Assembly: GCA_963793865.1 (NCBI GenBank)
Contig: CAWCBP010000008.1
Location: 384,001-448,000 of the forward strand
Length of the DNA stretch: 64,000 bases
Origin: an uncultured delta proteobacterium
GTDB taxonomy: Bacteria > Desulfobacterota > WTBG01
Direction of reading: 5' to 3'
Made by a program: the position numbers and the translations under genes. Each line of letters begins with the position of its first letter. Position 1 is the first letter of the stretch. Below, one piece after another: positions 51,051 through 60,467 of this stretch. The notes under the pieces were generated by a model. That model worked only from the letters and a program-made list of their open reading frames with translations. It was not told the origin of the DNA and did not search any database.

Positions 51051-51995
51051 ATGATCGAAGTCACCAACCTCACCAAGTACTATGGAGAAGTCAGGGGGAT
51101 AGACAATATTTCCTTCTCTATCGGGCGGGGTGAGATTGCGGGTTTGCTCGGGCCCAACGGGTCAGGCAAGACAACCACCATGCGCATCCTGACCTGCTTT
51201 TTCCCTCCCACCCGGGGGAGCGCCAGGGTCGCGGGATACGATGTGGTCACCCAGCCCATCGAAGTGCGCCGTAGAATCGGATATGTGCCGGAAACCGTCC
51301 CACTCTATCCGGACATGAAGGTGGCGGGCTACCTGAACTTTGTCGCCGAGGCCAAGCGGATGAATGTGCGCCAGAGGAAGGCCAGAATCGGCGCCATCAT
51401 GGAGCAGTGCGGTCTGGTGGAGGTCGCGCACCGGCTGGTGGGAAACCTGTCCAAGGGATTCCGACAGCGCGTCGGCCTGGCCCAGGCGCTGATCAATGAC
51501 CCCGAGGTGCTCATCCTCGACGAGCCCACCATCGGGCTTGATCCAAGGCAGGTGGCGGAGATCCGCGAATTCATCAAGAGCCTCGCCGGAGAGCGCACCA
51601 TTATCCTGAGCACCCATATTCTTCCCGAAGTGAGCATGACCTGCGAGCGCGTCATCATCATTCACGAGGGTCAGATTGCGGCGGTGGACACGCCTGACAA
51701 TCTGATGAAAAAACTTCAGAAGACCTCGAAAACGGTGGTGCTGATAAAAGGTCCCGGCGGGAGCATCCGGGAAAAGCTGGAGATGCTTCCCGGTGTAATC
51801 AGCATAGAAGACAGGGGGGAAACATCCCCCGGCGTGTGCTGCTTCGAGGTGGAGGCGGAGAAGGAGAGCGAGATCAGCGGTGAGCTGGCCCAGATGGTGT
51901 ACCTCAACAGCTGGAAGCTGGTTGAGATGAGGACTGAAAAAATGAGCCTGGAAAAGATCTTTATTGAGCTGACCCGGGAAGAGAGCGGATCCTAG
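51051..51995 (+). CDS. ABC-2 type transporter ATP-binding protein (GldA-like)
   Basis: GPNGSGKTT, LSKGFRQRVGLAQAL, LDEP and STHIL. Confidence 0.93.
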   Translation: MIEVTNLTKYYGEVRGIDNISFSIGRGEIAGLLGPNGSGKTTTMRILTCFFPPTRGSARVAGYDVVTQPIEVRRRIGYVPETVPLYPDMKVAGYLNFVAEAKRMNVRQRKARIGAIMEQCGLVEVAHRLVGNLSKGFRQRVGLAQALINDPEVLILDEPTIGLDPRQVAEIREFIKSLAGERTIILSTHILPEVSMTCERVIIIHEGQIAAVDTPDNLMKKLQKTSKTVVLIKGPGGSIREKLEMLPGVISIEDRGETSPGVCCFEVEAEKESEISGELAQMVYLNSWKLVEMRTEKMSLEKIFIELTREESGS

Positions 51996-52736
51996 ATGAA
52001 TTTCTATCCCATTTTCAAGAAGGAACTGAAATCGTACTTTTCATCCCTTGTCGCCTATATCGTGCTGGCGGTTTTCCTGGTCATATCAGGCTATTACTTT
52101 TATACCGATCTGGCGCTGTTCGTCCTCTGGGGCGGATCCAGCACCCAGGAAGGCTTATGGCAGTACCTTTTCCACGATATCCGGCTGATCCTGCTTTTGA
52201 CCATTCCGCTTCTGACCATGCGGCTCTTCGCGGAAGAAAAAAAGCTGGGCACCATTGAGCTGCTGTTTACCTACCCCTTCCGGGACAGCGAGATCCTGCT
52301 GGGGAAGTTTCTGGCCTGCCTGGCGGTGTTCACCCTGATGATCGGACTGACCATTCTCTATCCCATCCTTCTGGCAATGGTCTACGAGGTTGAGGTGTGG
52401 CCGCTGGCCGCCAGCTACCTCGGCTTGTTCCTGCTCGGCGCTTCCTTTATCTCCTGCGGAATCATGGTAAGCTCCCTCACCGAGAATCAGATTGTCGCCG
52501 CGCTGGTCTCCTCGGGCATCATCATGGCGTTCTGGTTTATCGACTGGAACGAGGCGGCGGTATCACCGGCGGTGGCCGAGGTGCTGCACCACATCTCCTT
52601 TTTTGAGCACTTCTACAATTTTGTCAGGGGGGTGGTTGAGACCAAGGACGTAATCTATTTCGTGCTGTTTACCTTTTTCTTCCTTTTCTTGACCCTGCGA
52701 TCGCTTGAATCAAGACGGTGGAGAGGCATACGGTGA
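51996..52736 (+). CDS. ABC-2 permease (GldF-like)
   Basis: PLLTMRLFAEEKK.GTIELL.T.P and S.LTENQIVA; about six TM helices. Confidence 0.9.
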   Translation: MNFYPIFKKELKSYFSSLVAYIVLAVFLVISGYYFYTDLALFVLWGGSSTQEGLWQYLFHDIRLILLLTIPLLTMRLFAEEKKLGTIELLFTYPFRDSEILLGKFLACLAVFTLMIGLTILYPILLAMVYEVEVWPLAASYLGLFLLGASFISCGIMVSSLTENQIVAALVSSGIIMAFWFIDWNEAAVSPAVAEVLHHISFFEHFYNFVRGVVETKDVIYFVLFTFFFLFLTLRSLESRRWRGIR

Positions 52737-54313
52737 AGGGATTGAAAACCATCTTCGGCATACTGTCTGCGGCGGTTATCCTGGTGAGCCTGGTCGTCTA
52801 TCTGACCGCGGACAGCCTGCTGACGCCGGCCGCCATCGGCCTGCTTGCCGGGATGGTGTGCCTGCTCATCTACATCGCGGCGAGCTTTCAGGAGCTGAGC
52901 CTTTTTTTCAGCCGCCAGTCAACCAGGCAGGGGCTGAACCTCATGGTCTATGCCCTGGTCATTCTGGCAATCATCGGCATCGTAGAGGTTATTGCCTCGC
53001 GGAACAACAAGCGGTTTGACCTGACCGCCGAGAAGTCCTTAAGCCTTGCTCCGATTACCCGGAAGGTGCTGCGGGAACTGAACCGGGATGTGAAGGTGAC
53101 CGTGTTTTATCAGCGGGACCAGATTTTTGAGTTCAGGGACCTCCTGAAACAGTACTCAAATGAAACCGACAGGATAACCTATCGGTTCTTCAACCTGGAC
53201 CAGAATCCCGGCATGGCCAAGGAATACCGGGTCGCCAGTTACGGGGGCATGGTGATCGAGTCCGGGGGGAAGCGGAAAAACTTTAATTACTGCACCGAGG
53301 AAAATATTACCAACGGCATCATTGTAGTTACCCGCGACAAACAGGCGGTGGTTTATTTTCTTACCGGGCATGGGGAGAGCGATTCCGAAAGCCCGGATAA
53401 GCGGGAAGGGTACAGCCAGGCCAGAACCGCCCTGACAGCGGAGGGATATGAGGTCAAGAGCCTGCTGCTTGTCCGGGAGAGCAGTGTCCCGGCCGACGCT
53501 TCAGTGGTGATTGTGAACGGTCCCCGGCAGGAGCTTTTCGAGGGTGAGCTTCGCGCGCTGGCGGACTATCTCGCCCGGGGGGGAAGGATTCTCTTTTTGA
53601 TCGATCCCTATACCGTTCCCGGACTGGTTGAATTTCTGAAGGACTATAATGTGCTGGTGGGCGCCAATATGGTGGTGGACAAGGAAAGCAAGCTGGTTGC
53701 CGGGGATGTGTTTTCTCCCGTGGTCCCGCTGTATCGAAAGCACCCCATTACGATTGACTTCGAGGTGGCCACGGTTTTCCCCCTGGTATCATCGGTGGAG
53801 GTGATGGATCCTCCCCGGAACGAGAAGTTCATTGCCGATCCGCTGGCGCTGACCACGGAGGACAGCTGGGCGGAGACCAGCAGGGAGAGCATTAAGCAGG
53901 GTGCGGTCTATTTCCAGGAGTGGGAGGATAAAAAGGGGCCCGTTTCCATAGCCGTGGTCGGGGAGTTCCGACCGGCTGTGAAAAATGCGGATGCGCAGGG
54001 TGAGGCGGAGGATAAGACCACGACCCCGCCCCCGGGACGCATGATTGTCTGCGGCGATTCCGATTTCGCCAACAACCTCTATTTCACCGTGCTCGGGAAC
54101 AAGGACTTTTTTCTCAACATGGTCGGCTGGCTGGCCGAGGCTGAAGAACTTATTTCCATACGGCATAAAAAAGAGGAAACCACACCCTTCTCGCCGCTCT
54201 TTCTTACCGAGAACCAGAAGCAGCTCATGTTCTGGCTGTCAACCGTGGCGCTGCCGCTTATAATATTAATCATCGGCATTGTGGTGTACGCGCGGAGAAA
54301 ATTGCGGGGCTAG
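52733..54313 (+). CDS. GldG-like ABC auxiliary component
   Basis: RFDLT.EK..SL, VYFLTGHGE, GDSDF.N and N.DFF.N...WL; C-terminal TM helix. Confidence 0.88.
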   Translation: MKGLKTIFGILSAAVILVSLVVYLTADSLLTPAAIGLLAGMVCLLIYIAASFQELSLFFSRQSTRQGLNLMVYALVILAIIGIVEVIASRNNKRFDLTAEKSLSLAPITRKVLRELNRDVKVTVFYQRDQIFEFRDLLKQYSNETDRITYRFFNLDQNPGMAKEYRVASYGGMVIESGGKRKNFNYCTEENITNGIIVVTRDKQAVVYFLTGHGESDSESPDKREGYSQARTALTAEGYEVKSLLLVRESSVPADASVVIVNGPRQELFEGELRALADYLARGGRILFLIDPYTVPGLVEFLKDYNVLVGANMVVDKESKLVAGDVFSPVVPLYRKHPITIDFEVATVFPLVSSVEVMDPPRNEKFIADPLALTTEDSWAETSRESIKQGAVYFQEWEDKKGPVSIAVVGEFRPAVKNADAQGEAEDKTTTPPPGRMIVCGDSDFANNLYFTVLGNKDFFLNMVGWLAEAEELISIRHKKEETTPFSPLFLTENQKQLMFWLSTVALPLIILIIGIVVYARRKLRG

Positions 54314-54333
54314 CAGGCTGTTGAAAAACGCCC
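54311..54333. mobile_element. Isolated left end of the CAGGCTG MITE
   Basis: tagcaggctgttgaaaaacgccc matches the left end at 50525 and abuts the TAG stop. Confidence 0.7.
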
Positions 54334-54403
54334 GGCTGATTGTGGCTCAAGGGAGGAGGGGCTTTTGATGCCGCAACAATGTGTCTTTACGCTTAGGGCA
54401 GCC

Positions 54404-55201
54404 TCAGGACAGCTTTAAAACCCTCTTTGCGTTTTCGCGGAACAGTTTCTTTTTGTCTTCCTCCGAGAGAAAGTCAGCGCTGTTGACCACCCGGATGGTA
54501 TCCTCCAGATTAAAAATCCCGTCAGAGCCGAAGAGCACCCGCTGCGGTCCCCATGCCGAGATGAATTTGCGCAGGGTGGGCAGCACGACTTCATATCCCA
54601 GCGCCCCCTCTATCTGCGGCAGGGTTGAAATATCAGCGAAGACATTACCCGCATAGAGCCCGACCAGGATCGCCTCCTCCACCCAGGGATAGCCCGCGTG
54701 CGCCATGATGATGGTCATCTCCGGAAAATCCACCGCCACGTCATCAAGATAAATGGGATGGCAGTATTTCACCCTCGTTCCCTCGGAAGGCGCCTTCACC
54801 CCGGTGTGAAACATGACCGGGATGCCGTGCTCGGTCGCCAGCTTGTACACGGGGTAGAGTCGTTCATCATTGGGATAGTGTCCCGCGTGGGGATTGATCT
54901 TGATGCCCCGCAGCCCCAGGTCGTGGACGGCGCGCTCCACCCGCCGGAGGTTGTAGTCGGTGCCCCGGTCGGGATGCACCGCGGTAAAGCCGATGAAGCG
55001 ATCGGGATGGGATTTTACAAAGTCAGCGGTCTCCTCATCGGGAAGATTTGATCCCTGCTGGTCACCCATTTTTCCGTAATCCTTCCCGAGGATGACCGCT
55101 TTTTCCACCCCGTTTTCATCCATGGCCTTAAGGTATTCCTCGACCGGGAGATGATAGGGGCTGCTCTTGACGGTTAAATGATTGTGGATGTCTATGATCA
55201 T
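54404..55201 (-). CDS. Amidohydrolase_2 family metal-dependent hydrolase
   Basis: IDIHNH, GIKINP, FHTG, AHAGYPW and LFGSD. Confidence 0.9.
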   Translation of the reverse strand: MIIDIHNHLTVKSSPYHLPVEEYLKAMDENGVEKAVILGKDYGKMGDQQGSNLPDEETADFVKSHPDRFIGFTAVHPDRGTDYNLRRVERAVHDLGLRGIKINPHAGHYPNDERLYPVYKLATEHGIPVMFHTGVKAPSEGTRVKYCHPIYLDDVAVDFPEMTIIMAHAGYPWVEEAILVGLYAGNVFADISTLPQIEGALGYEVVLPTLRKFISAWGPQRVLFGSDGIFNLEDTIRVVNSADFLSEEDKKKLFRENAKRVLKLS

Positions 55202-55211
55202 CGTAACCTCC

Positions 55212-55829
55212 TTAATGAGAAAAAATGGCCCGGTGCACGAGGGGGACCATAAGGGTGCCTATCTGTTTATATCCTTCGACTGAAAGGTGAACGCCGTCCC
55301 CCGAGTCGAATCTGTCTGCCAGGAATGCGTCTTCATCCTTCAATGCCCCGAACCAGTCGGCAAAAAAAACCCCGTTCGCTGCCGAGGCGTATTTCTCTAT
55401 GGCCAGGTTGACCTTTTTAATCGGAGCGCCGTATCCCTGCAGGCTTATGGGGGGGATGGTCGGCGCGATGACCGGGATCCCGCGGCTCCTGCATGCCTCA
55501 TATCCTTCCGTGAGATGTTTCATAATCTGTTCTTCGCTGATCATGCCCAGGTCATTCGTGCCGCCGGCAAGTATTGCCAGATCACAGCGCCGGCTTGCAA
55601 GGGAACGAAACAGGCGGGCTACTATGCCCCGGGACGAGTCTCCGCACACTCCCTCATTGATGAGCCTGAACTCATGGTCCGGCACTTCGGCGAGCAGTCC
55701 CTCCCGCAGCCAGAACTGGTATGATGATTCGGGGTCTCCTCCCGTCAGCGGATCATAATCCGGAAAGCCTGCAGTATGCGAATCTCCGATGCAGAGGATG
55801 GTAAAACCGGCCTGTGATTTTTTACCCAT
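55212..55829 (-). CDS. SGNH/GDSL hydrolase
   Basis: GDSHTAG, NEGVCG, GGTND and DGVH. Confidence 0.9.
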   Translation of the reverse strand: MGKKSQAGFTILCIGDSHTAGFPDYDPLTGGDPESSYQFWLREGLLAEVPDHEFRLINEGVCGDSSRGIVARLFRSLASRRCDLAILAGGTNDLGMISEEQIMKHLTEGYEACRSRGIPVIAPTIPPISLQGYGAPIKKVNLAIEKYASAANGVFFADWFGALKDEDAFLADRFDSGDGVHLSVEGYKQIGTLMVPLVHRAIFSH

Positions 55830-55858
55830 ATTGCTTAATTGCAGTTTTTGAATTCTTT

Positions 55859-56151
55859 AGAGGGGCGACCGGCCGGTCGCCCCTACGATTAATACAATAC
55901 CATGAACATGGCGGGGCATAACCTTCGTATTCCTACCATAGCCGTCCCCGCTTGTCATCTTTTTGTTGCTTGTGCGGGCAGGGTGGTGATATAGATTATA
56001 GTATTAAATCCTGCGATCAAGTCGCAGGATAACGGTTGATGTGGAGGGTCATGCTCTGTCGTGGCCGTGCACACTATTCGGACGCTACGGAGCGTGTCCC
56101 TCCCTGTGATTTTTTATCCACCTGTAGGGGCGACCGGCCGGTCGCCCTTAC
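55859..56151. repeat. REP cluster in the divergent spacer
   Basis: GGGGCGACCGGCCGGTCGCCCC palindrome (55861-55886), GTCA-type half (56008-56033), TGGAG doublet (56042-56103) and GTAG palindrome (56124-56151). Confidence 0.85.
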
Positions 56152-56195
56152 AGAGACCTTATTTTCGTGCGAAACCCTTTGAAAGGAAACAGGCC

Positions 56196-57128
56196 ATGAT
56201 CATTGACATACACACGCATCTGTTTAACCGGGGATGGGTTCCGAAGGGTTTTTTTTACGGGGTGGCGCGGTTTATCACCCATGAATTTGCCAAGCAGGGC
56301 ATAGACGAATCAAACGAGTCGGTGGGAGACGGCATCATGGAGGGAAGCGGCGATCCTGACGCGGAAATGCTCCTGGCCGAAATGGACGAAGCCGGCATTG
56401 ACAAAAGCGTTATATTCCCCGTCGATTTCGGCCTGGCGCTGGGAGACCCGGAGGTCCCCATCGAAACCGTCAACAGGAAATTTGCCGAGCTGGCGCAAAA
56501 ACACCCCGACCGGCTCTGCGCCTTCGCGAGCGTTGATCCTCTGCGCAAGGGCGCGCTCGACCTGTGGAAGCGGTGCGTGGAGGAGTGGGGCATGAAGGGG
56601 CTGAAACTTCACCCCTGCTCCGGCTTTTATCCCAACCAGCAGGAGGTCTATCCGCTGCTCCAAAAGGCATGCGATTGGAAGCTTCCCGTCCTCATCCATT
56701 CGGGGTCGATGATGGTCCCGCTCAGGAGCAAGTATTCGCAGCCCATCCACTTCGATGACCTGGGCGCTGATTTCCCCGACCTCCCCATTATAGCCGCGCA
56801 CGCGGGCGGCAACTTCAGCTACCCGCAGATGATCTCCATCATGAGCGTCAAGCTCAACATCATGGCCGACATTTCGGCCTGGCAGGTGCTGGCGATAAAG
56901 AGCTACCCGGCATTCTGCAAGGCGCTCCGCGATCTGTTCGATTTTGTGGAGCCCGGCAGGATACTCTTCGGCTCTGACAGTCCTTCCTTCCGCTCCCTCA
57001 TGTCCAACCGGGACTGGGTGCAGCTCATAAAAGACCTGCCGAACAGCGCGCCCGCGGGCATCTCCTTCACAGAAGATGAGGTGAGAGCGGTTCTGGGGGG
57101 AAATGCTCAGAAACTGCTTGGATTATGA
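56196..57128 (+). CDS. Amidohydrolase_2 family metal-dependent hydrolase
   Basis: IDIHTH, GLKLHP, IHSG, AHAG and LFGSD; RBS AAGGA. Confidence 0.9.
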   Translation: MIIDIHTHLFNRGWVPKGFFYGVARFITHEFAKQGIDESNESVGDGIMEGSGDPDAEMLLAEMDEAGIDKSVIFPVDFGLALGDPEVPIETVNRKFAELAQKHPDRLCAFASVDPLRKGALDLWKRCVEEWGMKGLKLHPCSGFYPNQQEVYPLLQKACDWKLPVLIHSGSMMVPLRSKYSQPIHFDDLGADFPDLPIIAAHAGGNFSYPQMISIMSVKLNIMADISAWQVLAIKSYPAFCKALRDLFDFVEPGRILFGSDSPSFRSLMSNRDWVQLIKDLPNSAPAGISFTEDEVRAVLGGNAQKLLGL

Positions 57129-57290
57129 TAAGCCCGCACTGATTCAGCGGCTTTCTGTTGTGGCGCGACGGTTGAGAAGGGCGGTCATGCGGAGTACAAC
57201 AGGCTCAAAAACGGCTTGACAGTCTGACCGCTAAGCAATAGATTTCACTGTGTGACCGGCAACAAACACTAATTACGCTAAGGAGGATGT

Positions 57291-57719
57291 ATGAGAAAGG
57301 GTGTGTGTGCGTTGGTTTGGGCTGCCATCTTCTGCTTCCTGATTGCCGCACCGTCGCTCGCGGCCGATGCAAAGCAGGGCACGGCCGAAAAAGCCGAGTG
57401 GCAGAAAAAGATGGATGATCTTAAGAAGCAGCGAGAGCAAAAGATTGAGGAAATGAAAAAAGGCAAGACGGCAACTGATTCCCAGGCGGGGCAGAAGCAG
57501 CAGCAGGAGGGCGTAAAGGAGGAGCAGGGGGAGAAAAAAGCGGGCGATAAGGAAACCATGCAGCAGGAACGTGCCCTGGATAAGGACAAAAAGGAAACAA
57601 TCAAGGATGAAAGAAAGCAAAAGCTGGATGAGATAAAGGATGCGCAAGAACAGAGCCGGGATGAGCACAAGCAGAAAATGGATGAGCTGAAGGAGATTAA
57701 CAAGGGGGAAGAAGAGTAG
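57291..57719 (+). CDS. Exported, highly charged low-complexity protein
   Basis: RBS AAGGAGG, signal peptide ending SLA-A and K/E/Q-rich body; promoter-like TTGACA-N17-TAGATT at 57217. Confidence 0.75.
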   Translation: MRKGVCALVWAAIFCFLIAAPSLAADAKQGTAEKAEWQKKMDDLKKQREQKIEEMKKGKTATDSQAGQKQQQEGVKEEQGEKKAGDKETMQQERALDKDKKETIKDERKQKLDEIKDAQEQSRDEHKQKMDELKEINKGEEE

Positions 57720-57769
57720 GAGCAATAAACCCTCTTCCTCCTTATGCAAGGTCTAAGTATTACAAAAAT

Positions 57770-57797
57770 GTAGGGGCGACCGGCCGGTCGCCCCTAC
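57770..57797. repeat. GTAG-family perfect 28-bp palindrome
   Basis: gtaggggcgaccggccggtcgcccctac; six copies in the window. Confidence 0.9.
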
Positions 57798-57824
57798 TGA
57801 ACTGCCCTTATAAAGCCCGCCGCC

Positions 57825-59147
57825 ATGATGCCGTCATCCGCCCCGAAAAAAATTTCCGTCTTTGACACGATCTGCCTCGGCGTCAATGCCATCATCGGCT
57901 CCGGCATATTCCTTTTCCCGGGACTGCTGGCCAGGGAGGTGGGACCTGCCTCCATTCTTGCCTTTCTGGTCTGCGGCGTCCTGCTGGTTGCCGTCGCGCT
58001 CTGTTATGCCGAACTGGGAAGCATCTACACCCGCAATGGCGGGTCCTATGTGTATGCGAAGGAGGCCTTCGGGCCCCTCATCGGGTTCGGGGTCGGATGG
58101 ATTTCCTGGGTCACCGCCATTTTCAGCTGGGCGGCAGTGGCCAACGCGGTCAGTCCGTACCTTGGCTATTTTCACCCCTTCTTCGGCACCTATCCGGCGG
58201 GGAAGTGCATAGCCGTTATCATGATGGCGGCATTCGGTGCGGTCAACTACCGGGGTATCAAGCCGGGAGCGCGGGTGGTCAATGTGCTTACGGTGGCCAA
58301 GGTGCTCCCGCTGGTGCTCTTCGTGGCGGCCGGGAGTTTTTTCATTAACCCCGATCACTACAGGCCGTTTTGGGGATCGGGAACGGGCAGTTTCAACTAC
58401 GCGGTGTTTCTTGCCCTCTGGGCCCTGCAGGGTTTTGAGACAACCCCCATCCCGTCGGGGGAATCCCGGAACCCGCAAAAAGCCGTGCCCATAGCCGCCC
58501 TGGGCTCTCTCATCTTCTGCGCCTTCATCTATGTGCTCATTCAGGCGGTGGCGGTGGGGGTGTACCCGGGTCTCGCCGGTTCGGGAACGAGACCGCTTGC
58601 CGAGGCGTGCGCCCGGTTCCTGGGTCCGGCGGGCGGCTCAATTATCGCCATCGGGGCGGTTATATCCATGATCGGGTATAACGCGGGCAACGCCCTCGGG
58701 AGCCCGAGATTTCTCTCGGCGCTTTCGGAGGACCGGTTCCTGCCGGGCAGGCTCGCCGCTTTGCACCCGCGCTTCCTGACGCCCACCGATTCAATTCTTA
58801 TCACAACGGCTCTGGCGATCATTGCCGCGCTTTTTTTTAATTTTGACAGCCTGGTTGCCTTGAGCAATGTCGTGGTTATAACCCAGTACCTTTCCACCTG
58901 CACCGCATTGCTGTGGTTGAGGCGCACGCAACCCGGCCTGCACAGACCGTTCAGGACGCCCTGGGCAATCGCGGTTGCGCTCATCGGCTGCGCGGTGAGC
59001 CTGTGGCTCATCAAGCAGGTGCGGCCCGCGGACCTGGCGCTGTCCGCAGCGGTCCTCGCGGTCGGCTTTCTGTGCATGTGGTTTTTCCGCACAAAACAGG
59101 CTCCGGGAGGTAAAGACAACCCTGTCCGGAGTCTCCTTGACGCCTGA
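57825..59147 (+). CDS. APC-family amino acid permease
   Basis: IIGSGIF..PG, YAELGS....NGG.Y.Y and GFE......GE..NP.K; about 12 TM helices. Confidence 0.92.
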   Translation: MMPSSAPKKISVFDTICLGVNAIIGSGIFLFPGLLAREVGPASILAFLVCGVLLVAVALCYAELGSIYTRNGGSYVYAKEAFGPLIGFGVGWISWVTAIFSWAAVANAVSPYLGYFHPFFGTYPAGKCIAVIMMAAFGAVNYRGIKPGARVVNVLTVAKVLPLVLFVAAGSFFINPDHYRPFWGSGTGSFNYAVFLALWALQGFETTPIPSGESRNPQKAVPIAALGSLIFCAFIYVLIQAVAVGVYPGLAGSGTRPLAEACARFLGPAGGSIIAIGAVISMIGYNAGNALGSPRFLSALSEDRFLPGRLAALHPRFLTPTDSILITTALAIIAALFFNFDSLVALSNVVVITQYLSTCTALLWLRRTQPGLHRPFRTPWAIAVALIGCAVSLWLIKQVRPADLALSAAVLAVGFLCMWFFRTKQAPGGKDNPVRSLLDA

Positions 59148-59173
59148 GGAAAACTATTTTTTAAACAACCTGC
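59142..59173. mobile_element. Isolated, degenerate right end of the CAGGCTG MITE
   Basis: gcctgaggaaaactattttttaaacaacctgc aligns with gcctggggaaaaccaatttttcaacaacc at 45134-45162. Confidence 0.55.
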
Positions 59174-59195
59174 CGGTATACTGCGACGCCATTTT

Positions 59196-59609
59196 ATGCT
59201 ACACAGTTTCTCTCTATCGATGAGCCGTGCGTTCCGGGACATGATGATCGCGCATGCCCTCGAAGAAGTGCCCAATGAATGCTGCGGGTTGCTGCTGGGG
59301 AGCGGCGGCGTGGTTGAGCGCGTCATTTCCGTGAAAAGCGACCCTCCCGCGCCCGACAGCTACTACATGGACCCCGTCCGGCAGGTCGAGGTATTCGAGG
59401 AGATGCAACAGCATGGTCAGTCGCTGATCGGCATTTACCACTCCCATCCCCGGGGCCCGGCCGAACCCTCGGGCGCCGATGTGCAAATGGCGTATCATCG
59501 CGGTGTGGCCTATGTCATCATCTCCCTTGCCGATGCGGGCAATCCTGACGTGCGCGCCTTTGTGCTGCAGGACGGCGGGTTCGAGGAGGTGCGGTGTGTC
59601 ATCACATAG
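59196..59609 (+). CDS. JAB/MPN+ (M67) metallopeptidase
   Basis: ECCGLL and JAMM motif HSHP....PS..D. Confidence 0.9.
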   Translation: MLHSFSLSMSRAFRDMMIAHALEEVPNECCGLLLGSGGVVERVISVKSDPPAPDSYYMDPVRQVEVFEEMQQHGQSLIGIYHSHPRGPAEPSGADVQMAYHRGVAYVIISLADAGNPDVRAFVLQDGGFEEVRCVIT

Positions 59610-60042
59610 AGTGGCCGGTTCTTTTGCCCGATTTCTTTTTTCTCGACGATACATCGCCGCAATAGACGGCCCCGAGCTTTTTTAAAAAATCAACGAGTAC
59701 AAAGCGGTGGCAGACATCCGCGCCGCCGTTGCACGAGCAGACGAGCACGATGCGCCCGCTTTCAAAAAGCTTGTTCCAGTTGAAAAGGTGATGAACCAGG
59801 CTTTCCTCAAGAAATGCGCGGTACCCGGCCTGAAACTGTTCGGGGCTTAATCTGCCGAGACGGTACTCCAGCAGCAGGGTGCGCGGCGGCGTGAACACGG
59901 CGTTGCCGCCGTTGAAGGATACATCGACTGTATCATCACCGGTGTAATCGTATTGCGCGGTATATAATGCGGTTCGGTTGCCGCTCTTTTTGAACTGCGC
60001 ACGGGCTTTTTCAACCGATAATGGAATCGCTCCCGCTCCCAT
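59602..60042 (-). CDS. DUF488-like protein
   Basis: F.PP..LL..Y, F...Y...L and VLVC.C......CHR..L; RBS GGGGGA before ATG 60042. Confidence 0.6.
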   Translation of the reverse strand: MGAGAIPLSVEKARAQFKKSGNRTALYTAQYDYTGDDTVDVSFNGGNAVFTPPRTLLLEYRLGRLSPEQFQAGYRAFLEESLVHHLFNWNKLFESGRIVLVCSCNGGADVCHRFVLVDFLKKLGAVYCGDVSSRKKKSGKRTGHSM

Positions 60043-60215
60043 AACATGTCCCCCGTACCGGATGTGGATGGTTGGCAGCAATCAGGCGCCTTCATTGGTA
60101 CCATACCAGAAAAAATGGCGCGTTTCTATGACATAAATCAAGGCAATCCTGTGGTACTATGGTATACTGATTGAGAAGAACGGCACACACACATCACTTG
60201 AACAGGGAGGAACCA

Positions 60216-60431
60216 ATGACACGAGCTGATATGTTTGTAAACCCGGTCCGGGAAGACTGGATGACCGAGGAGCTGGTTGCCAAAATCAAGGGCGTTGCAC
60301 GGGACGGCAAAATTACCTGCGCCGCGGCACAGCAGTTTGCGCGCGACAACGGCATTGTCATGAACAGGATGAAAGCGTTCGTGGACGTTGTGGGCCTGAA
60401 GGTGCAGGGCTGCCAGCTCGGCTGTTTTTAA
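60216..60431 (+). CDS. Small protein with C-terminal CQLGCF motif
   Basis: RBS GGGAGG; DGKITC..A and KV.GCQLGCF. Confidence 0.75.
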   Translation: MTRADMFVNPVREDWMTEELVAKIKGVARDGKITCAAAQQFARDNGIVMNRMKAFVDVVGLKVQGCQLGCF

Positions 60432-60467
60432 CCGCTGTTGCACAGTACATCAAACCGGAGAATAATC

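Noticed and set aside
17789..57797. 28-bp GTAGGGGCGACCGGCCGGTCGCCCCTAC as a CRISPR repeat
   Set aside because: The copies are dispersed, with no regular spacers and no cas genes.
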